64,000 bases of DNA from positions 47,616,001 to 47,680,000 of the forward strand of contig OX597818.1 in the NCBI GenBank assembly GCA_951406725.2, given 5' to 3'. This document shows, piece after piece, positions 11,930 to 27,084 of this stretch. Origin of the DNA: Octopus vulgaris. Its lineage: Eukaryota. A program made the translations under genes and the position numbers. Under the pieces are notes generated by a model that was given only the letters and a program-made list of their open reading frames with translations, was not told where the DNA came from and searched no databases. The stretch's first letter is position 1; each line of letters begins with the position of its first letter.

Positions 11930-12828
11930 GCAGAGGTGGATGCTCCAAGAGCGTAGCAGCTAGAATATGAATAAGCTGAGCAAAGTTCAGAGATCTCCTA
12001 CTTTTGTTGGTAACAAAAGGCCTTTCCCTCAGAGTGAAAGGCAGATTGTACAATGACTGTGCGAACAGCCATGCTACACAGTAGTGAAACATGGGCTGTG
12101 ACTGCCGAGGACATGCACAGCAGGCTTGAAAGAAATGAAGCTAGTATGCTTCGCTGGATGTTCAATGTCAGTGTGCATGTACAATGGAGCGTAAGCGTTT
12201 TGAGAGAAAAGTTGGGCAGAAGAGGCATCATGCGCTAGAGAGACAACTGTGCTGGTATGGTTGTGTAATGCATATGGACAAGGACAGCTGTGTAAAGACG
12301 TGCCAATCTCTAACTGTGGAGGGAACCTATGGAAGAAGTTGACTCAGGAAAACATAGGATGAGGTGATAAAGTATGATCTTCCAATGTTGGACCTCATGG
12401 CGGTAATGACAAGTGACCGACACCTTTGTCGATATGTCATGCTTGAGAAGACCCGTCAAGCCAAGTGAAATCACAGTCATGGTCAATACCAGTGTCGTGT
12501 AACTGGCACTTGTGCTGGTGGCACGTAAAAAACACCCTTTGAATGTTTGGCCTCATGGAGGTAGTGACAAGTGACCAAGATCTTTGGCAATATACCGTGC
12601 TTGAGAAGACTTGTCAAGCCATGTGAGATCATAGCTGTGGCTGATGCAGTGTTTCGTAACTGGCTCCCACTACACTCATGGAGTGGTTAGTGTTAGGAAG
12701 GGCATCCAGCTGTAGAAACCATATTAAATCAGATTGAAACCTAGTGCATCTATCTAGCTTACCAGTTTTCAGTCAAACCATCCAACCCATACCAACATGG
12801 AAAACAGATATTAAATGATGATGATGAT
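11930..12828 (+). mobile_element. 5'-truncated RTE LINE (ORF end, 3'UTR and tail)
   Basis: RTAMLHSSETWAVT...LERNEASMLRWM (the RTE L.GSETW motif) is continuous with the family 3'UTR and a (GAT)n tail. Confidence 0.8.
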
Positions 12829-13322
12829 GTACCTAAAGTTGTTTATCTCTGGTAATTACATGATTTGAAGTTCTTAATGTCATAAGAATTTAGAACCTTT
12901 GAGAGAACATGAAATAATTTGCTTTCAATTATAGATAAAACTATAAAAATAAAATTGAAGTAGATAATACTATAAAAAAAAAACTTGAATTAGATAAAAC
13001 TATAAATAACTATATTTATAAAACTATAAATATAAATAAGTATGTGAATGTTGGATTAAAACCATTTGGATAGAAAATGTCAAAGGCTGTCCATAGGACT
13101 TGAACCCACATCTTCTGTAAACATGACAGATGTTCTACTATTGGACCATATTTACAGATTAACTAAATATTCACATGCTATTGTCTATAGCTTTCTCTAC
13201 TTCAATATCCTCTGTTAAAAGCAAATTAATTTCTTTTTTTTCTTTAATAATGATTTTATGTATAAATAAACTAACCAATATAACAATTTATAAAACAAAA
13301 TTCGTTTTTCATTCTATTCTAG

Positions 13323-13554
13323 GATTGAGAAAAATCTATTCTCTCGTCTAACAAAGCACAACTTGTATGAAGAATTTAAGAGAGTCTGCCGCAAATTTGA
13401 TCGTAATGACCTGCTTACTGCCCCTTCTTATAACAAAGCCAAGATGATGGCTACTCCCTTCCAGACAGCTAAAAATGTGATGCTGAAAAAATTAAAAGAA
13501 AACAATTGTGGTACCTGGGTATCAAAACCCATTGAAGAAGAAATGTTTGCTTAG
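13323..13554 (+). CDS. ADAR1: ADAR1 terminal coding exon
   Basis: ctAG|G ATT GAG... Encodes IEKNLFSRLTKHNLYEEFKRVC...YNKAK...FQTAK...GTWVSKPIEEEMFA, then TAG at 13552-13554. The W.SKP.E ADAR C-terminal motif is present. Confidence 0.96.
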
Positions 13555-16500
13555 AGGTATTCAAGGAAACTTCACTTTGCTTCAATCCAGGTACAATAGA
13601 CAGAAAATGAACAACAAAATTAAAATCATGTCTTTTCTTCAGCTCAGTGGCTGTTTTACCAATATTTTTTCACCGATATTGGTTTTCCAGAGTAGTGTTA
13701 TCGTTCCAAGGAGAAACTGAACAGTCTATAACCATATATCTTGAATTTTGCCAATTTACATGCTGTTAGGAAATTTAGAAATCTTGTTAGTTGGCTTGTT
13801 AAATATCACTTGGAGGAGACATAATTAAATTCAGACATTTAGAGTATTTCAGTAATCTATTTGATTTCAATTTGCATGATTTACACTTCTTTTGATTTCG
13901 ACATCTTTTTGTGGTTAACTGATGTTAACACACGTTTATCATATTGAAAATATTTACTGATTAGCTAAGTAATTCACTGCAATCACAGTTTTGCTAGAAT
14001 ATGTGAGTTAATCTGATTCTAAAACTCCAATAATTAATTTTTATTTTATTTACCTCCCTGTTTCAAAATAATCACAATTTTCATTAAAACAACTTGGTCT
14101 AGGACGAGAACAATAAGTTGCACTTAAAGAAACATTGATAACAAAAGCACTTATTTATTGTATTAATTCTAAAACTGATTTCTTGAAAACAATCAATATA
14201 TTCACATTGTTTATTACAACCAAATGAAACTGTTTTTAGCAATAATAGTGCCAGTAACAAACATTAGACTGTTGTTTGAACAATATAATTATTATGTATT
14301 TAATGTTTTTCTTGTATAATCTGTCAGTTTACCAAAAATTACCTTGATCTCTTTTTTTTTTTTTTTAAATTTGATTCCTTTTAATAGATACTTTGTAAAT
14401 TGGATTACATATCAAACTACTTCCACATTTGCTTATAACACTTATAACTCAATTGAAAGCATCTCTTACACAACATGCATACACACAGACATTTATATCC
14501 AATTCTAGTCTAATTGTTGTTGCTGTGAATAATTCCAGAACATTTGCTTTTCCTTGATGGCTTTTTTTTTTTTTTTAAATATTTGTAAGGTTTTATTACG
14601 AACCATCTATAATCCACCATTATTCAAATTGTAAGAAAAAATTATAACTATTTGTTCTTTTAGAAAGCTTTTAAAATAACATTTATAATTGGTGCTAGAT
14701 ATTTTTAAGGCTTTATGTAGAAATATTTGCCAAATTTTTAAAACAGCTTAGGTTTATTGTCAAACTTGTAATTAATATCATAAATCTTTTTTTTTTTTTT
14801 TCTGATATAACTTTAAAAAGAAAAAAAATGAAAACCATGATTCCTCTGCAACATAATTAAATTTGAACAACTATGTGCACATGAAATAACATTTTGCTGA
14901 TAATGCTGTCTTTTTGTGGATGTATATCGTTAAATCTCATTAGAATGTTCAGTCTGATTCCTACATACATTTGCCATTGATTGGACTTTATTAATGCAAA
15001 TACATTTTAAATATTCTGGTTGTTCTGACAGTTCTTGGTAAAATGTCATCTATATTTATGTCTCCTCCATATATCAATGTAATTTATCTTTTATTGAATT
15101 CTGTATACATTTTTTTTTTCGTCTCTTTTAAATCTTATTTGTACAGATTTTTTTTTTCCAATCAAACCGCTATGATGTTCAGCATGTATAATGTAGACAG
15201 TTACATGAGTTTAAGGAAACTATACAACGAGAAAGAACTCAACAGTTCTCTGCAAGTGTCATCTGAATAGTAAAATGTCTCATTTGGCAACATCCTATCA
15301 TTGAAAAACAATAGAAATTGTAGGAAACCCTAATTTCCCTACCATAAAAAGTTCCAGATATTGTTTCTGAAACAGTTGTCTACATTTTGGTGGATGTATT
15401 TAACTACTGATGAACTTAAAAATGTAAGACACCAGAGAACTATTTCTTCAGTTAAAACCCACCTAAGATTTCTTTTATAAAATGTATATTTTAGAATTTT
15501 TCATGTACATAAGTTGTGTGTGTCTGTGTGTGTTTACAAGTGTTTTAAAAAGACTTTAAAAAAAAAAAACGACCAAAATTAATCATGTTCCAATTATACA
15601 TGTGCATGTGTGTATGCACATCACACGGATATATGCATGCACATATACACAAATACATGCACCCACATAAACAATCTTTTATCTTTACATATCTAAGATC
15701 AATCATGTCTCAAGAAATAAGTTGTTATCTTTCAAGGTTTCTGGTTGGTAAGACAGATTACCAGCTAATCTTCTAAGCTAGGAAGTGTATGAATTTGATT
15801 AAATTCTGATCTTTTATTTCAAATCAGCTCTTGTGTTGTTAGTGAATAAAAACGGTGTGTATTCAGTCGTGTATTTAGGGAACATAATCGAAACCAGTTG
15901 TCTGTGTACAGGAGATTAATGGAACTTGAATTTTGTTCTCACTATCTATATTTAAAGAACTCTTAAATGTCTTGATGTACCACAGTCAATGTATCATGAA
16001 ACCTTGTTTCAATATTTTAAGAGTTATTTACATTTAAATACAGATACATGAGACTTTCAAGTGTATGATACAGGAACTGGTAATATTACATAAATATGGG
16101 AAAAACTGTCTCAAATTGAAAATATAGGTGTATTTTTAACATTATGTATACACATATATTTGCTTATAAGTAGATAAGTATATATATATATGTGTGTGTG
16201 TGTGTATCATATATATATATGTATATGTATATACATATATATACAAACATACATACGCATAAATGTAAGAGAAACAATGTATTCATTCATGTTCAGTAGA
16301 TGGCTATGTGCAAGTGTGTGTGCATATATATACTTGCATGCATACATGTACTCGATGTTTATCATGATGCGCATGTGTGTAAAATTATATTGTGGAGATT
16401 TATATATGCCTTTTCACATTTGAAGAAAATCTCTAGAAAGCAAATATTTTATATTTGAATAATATTTCTTCCCCTATCTCGCTCTCTCTACATTAATTGA

Positions 16501-17263
16501 TTGACTTCTCTCTCTGTAATTTGTATACCAGAGAGAAAGAGAGAACAAGGGCGTAGAGAAATACATTTATCTGTATTAACACACACACACATGCACACAC
16601 AAACCTCAGATTCATTTGCATGCACATGGATTTTCTTCATAGTATTTGATATACCATTGTCCCTTTTCTTCTTCTTTTTTTTTTTGTTAGGTTTCGTTTC
16701 TCATCCTAAAAAAAACATATTTATTTAGTTTCTTTCAAAAAGAAACTTTTTGTACTCATCAATCATGACATTATAATTTGAAATAAGAATTTTAATCTTA
16801 TTTTAAAATTGTTCCTTGCTGCATTTTGTAAAATATTTTCTTTTATCTCAACTGATTGATCAAATGTTTTTCTTGTGCAAAGTTAGTTATTTTCCTGTCT
16901 CACTAAGTGGTGGCATTGTTAGTTTCTTCTTGGCTGACTTACTACTGTTATAAAGAACAATGGGGAAGCAATCAAGGTTATAATGTTGAAGAATTAAAAA
17001 AAAAATATATAGATTATGTGATGATAAGTTTTGTCACATATTAATCAGAAATTGGGATTTAATCCTTGAAAATGTAAATTCCAAGTAAATTGCTCTCTCA
17101 GCTGAGCTAATTTCTATGTTTCTTTTCGTAATATTTTAGATATGTATTTTTAACATCGTATAAAGGGTATTTCTTGCTACTGAAGTAAATACATTGTATG
17201 CTTTGATGTATCCATGAAAGGCTTTTTTAAAACTGATGTTTGCTTCAATCGATATAGTTTCTC

Positions 17264-17311
<48 letters not shown>

Positions 17312-18148
17312 AATTTGTGAAATGTTGACTAAAGCTTTTGACTGACTTCATTTTGGCTTATCAAACATAACCTGCTACAATGTTGAAAAGTATATACATC
17401 TTCACATCATGAAAGGTGGATATATTTCATGGCATTTTCTTTCTGATTCCACTCACACTAGCTGGTTGAGCTGCTGTATTCTGCGACCATTTCTTCTGTT
17501 CGTTGTCAATATATGTTGCTTATTCAAAGATGCAATGAGAGAAATTCATTTTCAAACATTTTAGAATTAGTCAAAAATTTTATGTATATATAAGAAAAAT
17601 GAACTCTCTTTCAAAGTAAATGATATTGCTATGATTCTTAATCTTGACATATTATTACGGTCAACTAAAGAAATTATCATAATGATGATGAAGAAATTTT
17701 CAAGTCAGTAAAAAGCTTTCAGTTTTTAAGTATTTTGAAAAAAAATTTCTTCAAAGATTTTTAACATCTGCTCTGTATTTTGTCTATACAAAGGTGTGTA
17801 ATTTCTGATCTATAATGGGTCAGAGAAATTGAGAGTTCTGCTAGCCAAGTGTAAGACACTTGGCAACTCTGCTACTTTTTAGGCATTGCACCCATTGAAA
17901 GGAACTCTAGAAAGAATTCTACTTCAAGAACTAAAATTTCCACCTTTAATTGGATGAAAAAAAAAGAAGAAAATGTGTGTCCATTTCTTATTGTATTACT
18001 ATTGCCTTTCTTTTCTTTAATTGGAATATGTTTTCAAGAATTAATTTTGCTTTAATGAGTGTAGTATGTAGTATGTGTATTTACATACACTCACACATAC
18101 ACAAACATGAATGTGCATGCATGTTTCAAACAACATATATGTAATTAT

Positions 18149-18181
<33 letters not shown>

Positions 18182-19260
18182 GTATATGTATGTGTGTGTT
18201 TGTGTATCCACAGGTATTTATACATATATATATATATATGTATATATACACACACACACATACATATACATGTATATACTTATATGTGTTGCGTGTGTGT
18301 GTGTGTATGCATATATACTTATGTGTGTATTTATTTCTATATATATATATATATATATAATGTGCTTTAGAAGTAATTTTCAACATTTAACTTATGAAAG
18401 CATCATTTCACTTTACTAATGTTTTATTATAAATCCTACCGAAATCTCTTCTTATTTTCCATTTTAGATATATTGGAGAAGAGACAAAAAAAATTACTGA
18501 AATGTTACACTGAAGATTAAAATTAGCTAAGTCATTGAAACTGCTTAAAAATGAAAATGTTTCTATCATGATTTGACAGTTTGCATTTTAGCATTTAAAT
18601 AATTTCTTCATTAATATCACTTTTAAAAACCTATATGTATGCCTATATAGAGATGCATATAAATACACACATACATAGATACACTTACACACACACAAAC
18701 ACACATATGTATTGATATATATTATATTATATATATGTATGAGTGTAGATTTGTATTTATATATATATATATGTGTATATATATATATATATGTATACAA
18801 TTGTGTATATATATGTGTGTGTATATAGATTCATATATATATTTATATATATGTATATATATATGTATACATCTGCTTATGCATATGTATAAATAAATAT
18901 ATATACAAGTATGAATATATACTGTGTATCTGTTTTACATATCCTATATAGGAGCCTATGTAAAAAAATATATATATTTATAACCGCTTTCTTTTAATAT
19001 TTGTGTACATTTCAGCTTTTTTATTGATATTCTTTAACTGCAAAACATATCAAACCACTGCTAAGTGATTAGAGGTTTCAACTTCTAAATGTAAATATTC
19101 ATTATGTATTTATATTCCTATCCATAGATAGGAACGTCATCATAATAATCCTGTCTCTTGGGAATAGATTCAAGCATGTCTTTGTGTAAGTCTATACATG
19201 TGTGTGTGTGTGTGTGTGCTTATATGTGTACAAACATATATATATATATGTATATATAAA

Positions 19261-19890
19261 TGAGGTAGTATCAGAAATTTCCTAGGCCAGGGCAAGCAAA
19301 AACCCACTAGTACATAATATATTTCATATGTTATTTCTCTTTGGGTACCATCCCTTTTATAATAGTCCCTTTGGGAATGTACACAACGATCCCAGTGCAT
19401 CATCTGCACCTGAAAAATGCAGTAGGAGTTCTCTTTGTGAAGGCCGTCCAACACTATATGCGATTCTGTTGTGAGAGAACTGATGGATTGTTCAGCAATG
19501 ATCCTCATGGATGAGTTCAAAAGTTTTTCCCTAATTCTCTGGCATTTCATCTGTTATTAATCTCACTGAAATGTCATCATCTTGAACCAAAGCTCAACTG
19601 GCCTTGAAATGTGCATGCCACTGAAAAATTGCAAAAAAAAAATAATAAAAAGACAACTGTGTTTAACCTAAAGAATGTTTGCCCAGCAAACCTGATGAAG
19701 CATTTTAGGGGTCTCATTAACAGATTTTCCACGCTTCATGCAAAAGTATGGCTACTTGTTGCACAAATTTGTGAGCCATTGTAAAAATTGCTGAGCCATT
19801 TTAATATAAAGATAGAAAACCTTATGTACTGAACACACAAAGTAGATACCATGAAGCATGTGCCATCTGAAACTTTCTGATAACACCTTG
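19261..19890 (-). mobile_element. Degenerate, internally deleted mariner element
   Basis: Imperfect TIRs tgaggtagtatcagaaattt / aactttctgataacaccttg. Minus strand reads FCMKRGKSVNET..ML and FQWHAHFKA (mariner HTH region). Confidence 0.65.
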
Positions 19891-20753
19891 CACACACTTA
19901 CACACACCTATATACTATATATGTATGTATGTATGGATGTGTGTGTCTGTATATTATATACATATAATACATATACAGTATATATCCATATATTTATATA
20001 TGCATATTTATATGTGCATATATATTTATATTATATATAAATTTATATACTATATATACTTTTTATGTATGTATAGATATATATGAATACACACACAGTC
20101 ATGTATATATATATATATATATATGTATGCGTGCAACATGTATATTAAGAGGTATGTAGAACTTTCCATAATTTTGCTTAGTGTTTCCTTTCTTTTTCCC
20201 AACTTAACTTTGTAAATCTTGTTTATTTGTGGCTTAACTTCTACTTAAATGTTTTTTTTTCTTTCATCTATTGGTTCAGTGAAGACAAAACCTACTCTTT
20301 GGGTAGAACGGTTTTGATGGTGGAATTTGTTTATTGTAAAAATGTAAACTTGAGTTGGTCAATTCTGCATACCATTGTTTGTTGAAATGTTATCTGTGAG
20401 GAGCATTTTTAGTAAACCTCATTTGATTGTCATTATTATTGCTGTTACCATCATTATTATTATTACTATTATTATTAAAAGCAATTTTTCTTGGGATCTG
20501 TGTGATCATCCTGCAATCGGCATATAGACCCCAGTTTAGTTATATGTATATATAGAAGTGTATATATGTATATATAAATAGACAAAGGAAGAACAGGCTA
20601 GTTATTACATCAATTTATGATACAGAATTGATATTAACTGATGCTATGGTGATTAATCTGACAAATAGCTGAGCTTGAAATAGGAACAGCGTTCTCATTT
20701 CATCTTGTTTGGAATATATGTACATATATATATATAATATATATAATATATAT

Positions 20754-20785
<32 letters not shown>

Positions 20786-23700
20786 AAACATTCTCTTTGC
20801 AGAATTAAATACCATGATGTTTTTGTTTACAATGTGATAATTTGACATCAGGAGTAGACGGTAATTAACAACTAACTGTGATATATAATATAGAATCACT
20901 TTAAGCTGTTATTTACATGATGTGTATACATGTATACATATATTAGGGTTGCCTTTACTTGGTTTGAACAAAAATATATTTGGGATCAATTTTTTTTTTT
21001 TTAAATCAAGAAATATTGAAAAATATCAGATTGAGATTAGGAAACTGTTCTAGTGATTTTACGAAAACCTCATAGAAGTTTAATCACAATTTCCAAATAC
21101 TGATTTCCGTTGCCTTTTGTCAATGCTGGTAAAAATTTTTTTAAATACAAATTTTAAAAAAACACAGATTTTTTTCAAATCTGTATTTAAAAAAATATTT
21201 TAAATACGTCCTTTTTTAAAACAGATGTTTTAAAAACAGATGTATTTAAAAGATGTTTTTGTAAGTATTATTGCTGTAATATTTTAGCCAATTCGATATT
21301 TGTTAGTTTTCATTCTTATTTTATATCTGGCCAGTATTTCATTAATATGTTTTTTTTTAAAGTAACATTAGCGTGAAGGGAAAGTATTTCTAGAAAATCA
21401 TATACAGTGGTTTTAGCCTCTTTTCTATCAAAACTTCTTCATAAACAATTGAGCATAGATATTAGCAAGATAAACTAAAAACTTGTCTAATTTTCTTCTT
21501 TATGCTTCTGACTTCAATCTGATGTGAGTCTAACCTTGTCTTTCAAGAAATTAGTGGATTTTGAAAAAATGAAATACAGATTAATATTTAGGCTTATGGA
21601 AGAAAATGAATTGGATGCAATCATTGAAACAAGCAGATAAAATATATTACATGAGATACAGATAAAGAATTACTTTCTCCTTCATCATAGGATAAAAAAA
21701 ACAATGTTTAATTTATCAATTCGTGAAGGAAGAAAATGATGCGTTGAAGACAATTTCAAACATCATGCAAAAATTACCATTTTTGTCTTCCATATCTGCT
21801 CATTTTAGTTTTAACTGTATTTGTTTTGTGTTTTAGGCAGATAATAAATAGTATGTGAAATACCTACAATTAAAGTAAATCTTAGCAAGAGTCATTTATG
21901 GTTTGGTAGAATGAATAACATAGTATTAATTGGCAAATATTATTATGTTTCAAAATACAAGAAATAATCCCTATTCCTTTCTCAGGAAGGTATATTATCC
22001 TGACTGGCAACCCTGTATAATGTATACACATGGCAGAAAAATTAGCTTGTTGTATTTCTGACAGTCATTGATAAACAGACAGCTCTAGGACTTCTCTTGA
22101 ATTAGTGTATTTCAAAAATAGTTTTCACTCTTAAAAGATAAATTAATGATTTATCAGAGCTTGCTTTTCTTCTGTTACTATGAATCCTATATCAATTTTA
22201 AAACTTATTGATTTAGGACCTCTATTTTTTATTGATTTGTAGGAGTTTATTTAATCAAGTTGGTATCAGGAGATTTTGATTTTCTATATAGAAATACTAC
22301 TAATATTGCCCTTAGATACTCTCTTTTATTATTAGTTTCAATATTCTTCTCTGTTGGGGGAAAAAAAGCAAACATTAAAATCTAATATGTTGATGCAAAA
22401 AAAAAGGAGAAAAGAAAAAAGGTGATAATGGAACTCACATCTGAATTCATTACATTTTTCCTTGAAAATGTTTAATAATAATATTTATCATGAAAATAAT
22501 AATGATGATACTAATAATAATGATAATTATAAATATTAATAATAATTATTAGACAATTTTTTATTTATTTTGTGTGATGATTATGGTGATGATGGTTTTA
22601 CAATATTTGTGTCTCATGTAAAGCAAGCTTTAAAACATTGTATTCATGAGTTTTAAATCTTTCAACCGATTAATACAACGTGGAATAGTAAAGCATACAG
22701 TTTAAACAACTACATAGAAGAGAAAGACTTTGCTAAGTGGAGAGGCATATTTTACTATGGTATTTGAACTGAAAAATGATAATACTAATAACAATAAAAA
22801 TTAAAAAAAAGAGAAATAACATAAAAAGATAACTACTGTATAAACATTCTAATTATTATGCTAGTCCTTGTGGTTGTTGTTTCAAATGCATCTTCGTTCA
22901 AAGCCTGAATTTTTCTGAACCTTTAAATATATCATTTCTAGTGAGAAAATATTACCATTTTGTATAATTATTGTTAATAAGAAGAGATTAATTACTAGTG
23001 TCATAGTTTAATAATACATATTGTTTCTAGAGCAATTAAATTTTCACCATTAAATTTCTCTTCGTAGTTTTCAGCTAATTATTTATTTCCTTGAAAAAGT
23101 AAAAGGATTAAAAAAAAAAAGTATTTCATATACAATTGCTATTGAATGTTTTCTTACTTTTATTGTCCATTAAAACTGAAAAAAAACAAAAAAAAAAAAC
23201 AAAACAAGACACTTGCCCCATCCCTATTATTTTCTGCTTAAGGTTGTGCATTTTTCTTGACATTATAAATGAATTTTGCTTTATTTCATTTCCATAAGAT
23301 TTTTTTCATCTTCAGGGCATAAAATCCTTGAGTGAGGATTTTATTTGAGTATTAAACAAGTTGGAGTGACAGCAGAGGTGAGCTAACTCTCACATAATGT
23401 GATGCAAAGTTTATCCTTGTGAGAGTGTTTTTATAAACATATTTTTTAATAAGCACTGACTGATATTTTACATTTACCAAAACCAAAATTTTCTGATTGC
23501 AACTATTCAAATATCTTGATTGAATTTGTGACCAAATAACTGTATATACCTACATGTTTGTATGTATGTATTTTTAAGCTGCAGACAACCACATTATATA
23601 TACATATATATATATAGTGTGCGTGTGTGTATGTATACAAATATAAGTGTGTGTGAATATATATATATATATATAATATGCGTGTGTATGTATACAAATA

Positions 23701-25732
23701 CGGTTTGTATGTATACAAATAAAAGTGTGTGTATGTGTGTATATATACACACGTACACACACTCACACAAACACACACACATGCACACACAGTATGATGG
23801 TATTGTCATAATGATCGTTCAAAGTTTAAAAAAAAGTGAATTATTACTATTGCAATAGTGTCATATACATGGAAAACAATTTTTAAAAATAGACATTATA
23901 GAATGAGAACAAAGAGTATAGTGTTTAAACTGATAATTAACCAATGAAAACAAATTTCAATTAGTAATTGAGAAATGTTATTTCTTAATTTTCAAAAATA
24001 TTTTATAAAGAAAGCTCTAAAACTGGCTTTAAACTCTGGTGCTGTTCTTTCTTTATTTAAAAATATGAAACATTTTTACTATGAACATGTAGGCATTCTT
24101 TCACATGTTTGAGGTTCTTGTCTTTTGACAGAGTGGTGATATTAGTACCCTGAAAGCAATGTCTTTAGAAAGATTTGGTGATAATAGTATTCAAAATTGA
24201 AATATTTCATTGGAAAAAGACACTATTGTTGTTCGATTTTATGAACTATTATTATCTTTTCTGTGTTGAGGGTATGACTAACTAGCCAGCCAAATGTGAT
24301 TCTGAGCTATCTACATCTCTTTCATTCAAGTCTTTTATTTTGAATGGAAGAAAGTTAATTTGTCTTCAAGTCGGGTACTAACAATGTGATGATTGTTAAC
24401 TAGAATTAGATTTAATCTATTTTTGCAACATATCACTTAGACTTTTGTAAAAGTTGACTATTTCTTCATTATTATTATTATATATGATGTTAGATGTTAA
24501 CTAAAACCAAAAAGTATGGGCATGCATTCAAACAGTCAGGCACATGATGTTACCCTTACACTTCTTTAAGTAAGTTGAAAATTTAGATTCAAAGCAGGAA
24601 TTTATTTCTATTGTAGTTTATATTTTAAAGCTTATTTGTTATGATGTCTACAAATAATAGTAAACTTTACCTTTACTACGAATGGTCTAAAACTTGTATT
24701 TGAATGTCTTCCAGATAATTTTGGACTACGAAAAAAGTAGATAGGTTTTAGATTTCATTCTCATTATTTGACCTTTTAATACTAGAGAACTAACTATACA
24801 AAGAAAAATCTATATGAAATGCTTTAACAACAACAATTAATAATAATGAGTAATAATAACAATATTGATGATGATGATGATGATGATGATTATGAGCTGT
24901 AGGAAGCATTATATTACAAATTCCTTCCATTTCTAAAATGATTGATAAATAAAATTTTCAGAAATAGATTTTAAACATTTTTTTCTTAGCTCATATTTTA
25001 AGTATAGAAATAATTTATTGGTCATATTTCTTGCTTGTAAACACTTAAGAAATATGAAGAAAAGGGTATATTTAAAAATCTTTGTTTTTAAATAATTACA
25101 CTTTTGTTTTGTTTTCTTAGTTTTTTTTTTATGCCAGAAAGAAAACTCTCTGCAAATGTACAATTTTATGGTTGCAGCCATCTCTAGTGCTCTCTCCAAC
25201 TTGTTGAATACTTTAAACCTACTAACTTTAATTATAACTTACACAATAACTACAACTTTTGAAAGCTGCCATATGTAATGAAATAATAGTCTCCACTGTT
25301 ACAGTTTGATTTGTCAAGAATTCAAAACTATGTTCTACTTGTAGCTGAAAGCATGTTAAAATTTGTTAAAAAGGCAAACTTTTCTAAAGTTTACCATTTT
25401 AATAATTTTACTTACAGGTGTTCTGGAAATTCTCATTAAAAATACCTTATTATTATTTTAAACCCCTTAAACCAACAAATATTGGGTAGTAGAAAATTGG
25501 ACGAAATTCTCGAGAGAGTTTGTGCTTGCTTAAAAACTGATGTTAGAGAACTTGCTAAACTTATGTATCCCCTAAATTATCAGATACCTCAAAGGAAAAA
25601 AGGCTTTAATCAAATTTTAAATCATACATTTTGAAGTATGATGGAACATATATTGATCTAAAAATTAATGACGTTAATTGTAGTGTTACCTTTTACAACA
25701 ATCAAGTATATTTCTACAAAAAATTATATATA

Positions 25733-27084
25733 CAGTGTTGGCTAAAAGTCACCTGACAGTAAATCAAAAACATTTAATTCCGAGATTTATTTATATTTAA
25801 CAGCTGAATGAATTTAATAAAAGCATCTAAATATGAAACATCATGAAAATTGTTCAAACTGAAGTCTTTGAGTGACACATTTTTTCCATTTGAGTCTATA
25901 CAGAATTCCAGGTAGTACAACAATGTATCTTATTTGCATTAATTAGTTTGAATTCAGTTGCTATAGCAGCTTGCAACTCAGCTAGAGTCCTTGGTTTTCT
26001 TTTCAAAACTTGATCTTTCATCATTCCCCAAATTGGTGTGAGGTCACATGAACATGGAGCCCACTCAATAGACCCTCTATATCCAATCTAATCTGCAGGC
26101 AAAGTGTCCAACAGATTACGTACCTTTTGGGGATAATGGGGAAGCACACCATCTTGCATGAACAGCAAAGTATTTAAAGTCCGGCCTGTCTCACAGCTGC
26201 GGAAAAACATATTCATTCAGCAGTTCAAAATAGTTATTGCCAGTAACAGTTTCATTAAAAAAATAAGGGCCTAATAACCCATCAGAACTGAGAGCTCCCC
26301 AAACAGTGATACCAGACTGATTCAGTTGTTCTTAAGTCAAATGTGGGTTTTCAGCAGCATAAATCACATAATTGTGGCGGTTAATCATGCCATTTAAAGT
26401 GAATGATGCTTCATCACACATTATCTTATTGAATAGCTCAGGAACATTGTCAAATTGGCTAATGAACAGTTGATATTTGTAGTCTATCTGCATTGTCCTC
26501 TGCCAGACCATGAATTAACTTAGGGTGGTATGCTTTATAGCCATTTTCTTGCAAAATTCTCAGAAGAGACAATCTTGAAATATCAAGTTCAGCACTTAGT
26601 CAAACAGCACTCTTTTGTGGACTTTGTGTGATAGCAGTAGCCACAGAACCTGCCATTTTTCTGGTTCTAAGACTATGTGGCCCACCTGATCATGGTAAAT
26701 CTGCCACAGTTCCATTTTTGTGAAATCGATCTTGTAGATGATAAATAGTATCTCTATGCGGAGGATTTATTTCATCACCATACTCGTTTATCCAATTCAC
26801 AGACTTGTTGTGCATTACCATATTTGTAGTATTTTTCAATGACAAAGATTCTCTGTTGTAGAGTCAGTTTGTTTATGTTTATGGGTTTAAAAAACCTTAA
26901 ATTAAAACAAAAAATTATCTTATATAAGACTTCACTAATAAATAGACAAATGTTATAAAAAAAAAAAAAGTGATATTAACTCACAGCATTCAATTATTAA
27001 ACATAATTGGAATGAATAAATAAAATTGAATATCAAGTATTTATGGAAATTTGATTTACTGTCGGGTAATTTTTGGCCAACCTT
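25733..27084 (-). mobile_element. Full-length but dead Tc1/mariner element
   Basis: TIRs gttggctaaaagtcacctgacagtaaatcaaa / tttgatttactgtcgggtaatttttggccaac with TA flanks. Minus-strand motifs DEASF, FMQDG..PH and EWAPCSCDL are broken by stops and frameshifts. Confidence 0.8.

Noticed and set aside
20944-22015. hAT-like element (tagggttgcc ... ggcaaccctg)
   Set aside because: Only a ~10-bp inverted match, with no clear TSD or transposase motif. Possible but unsupported.
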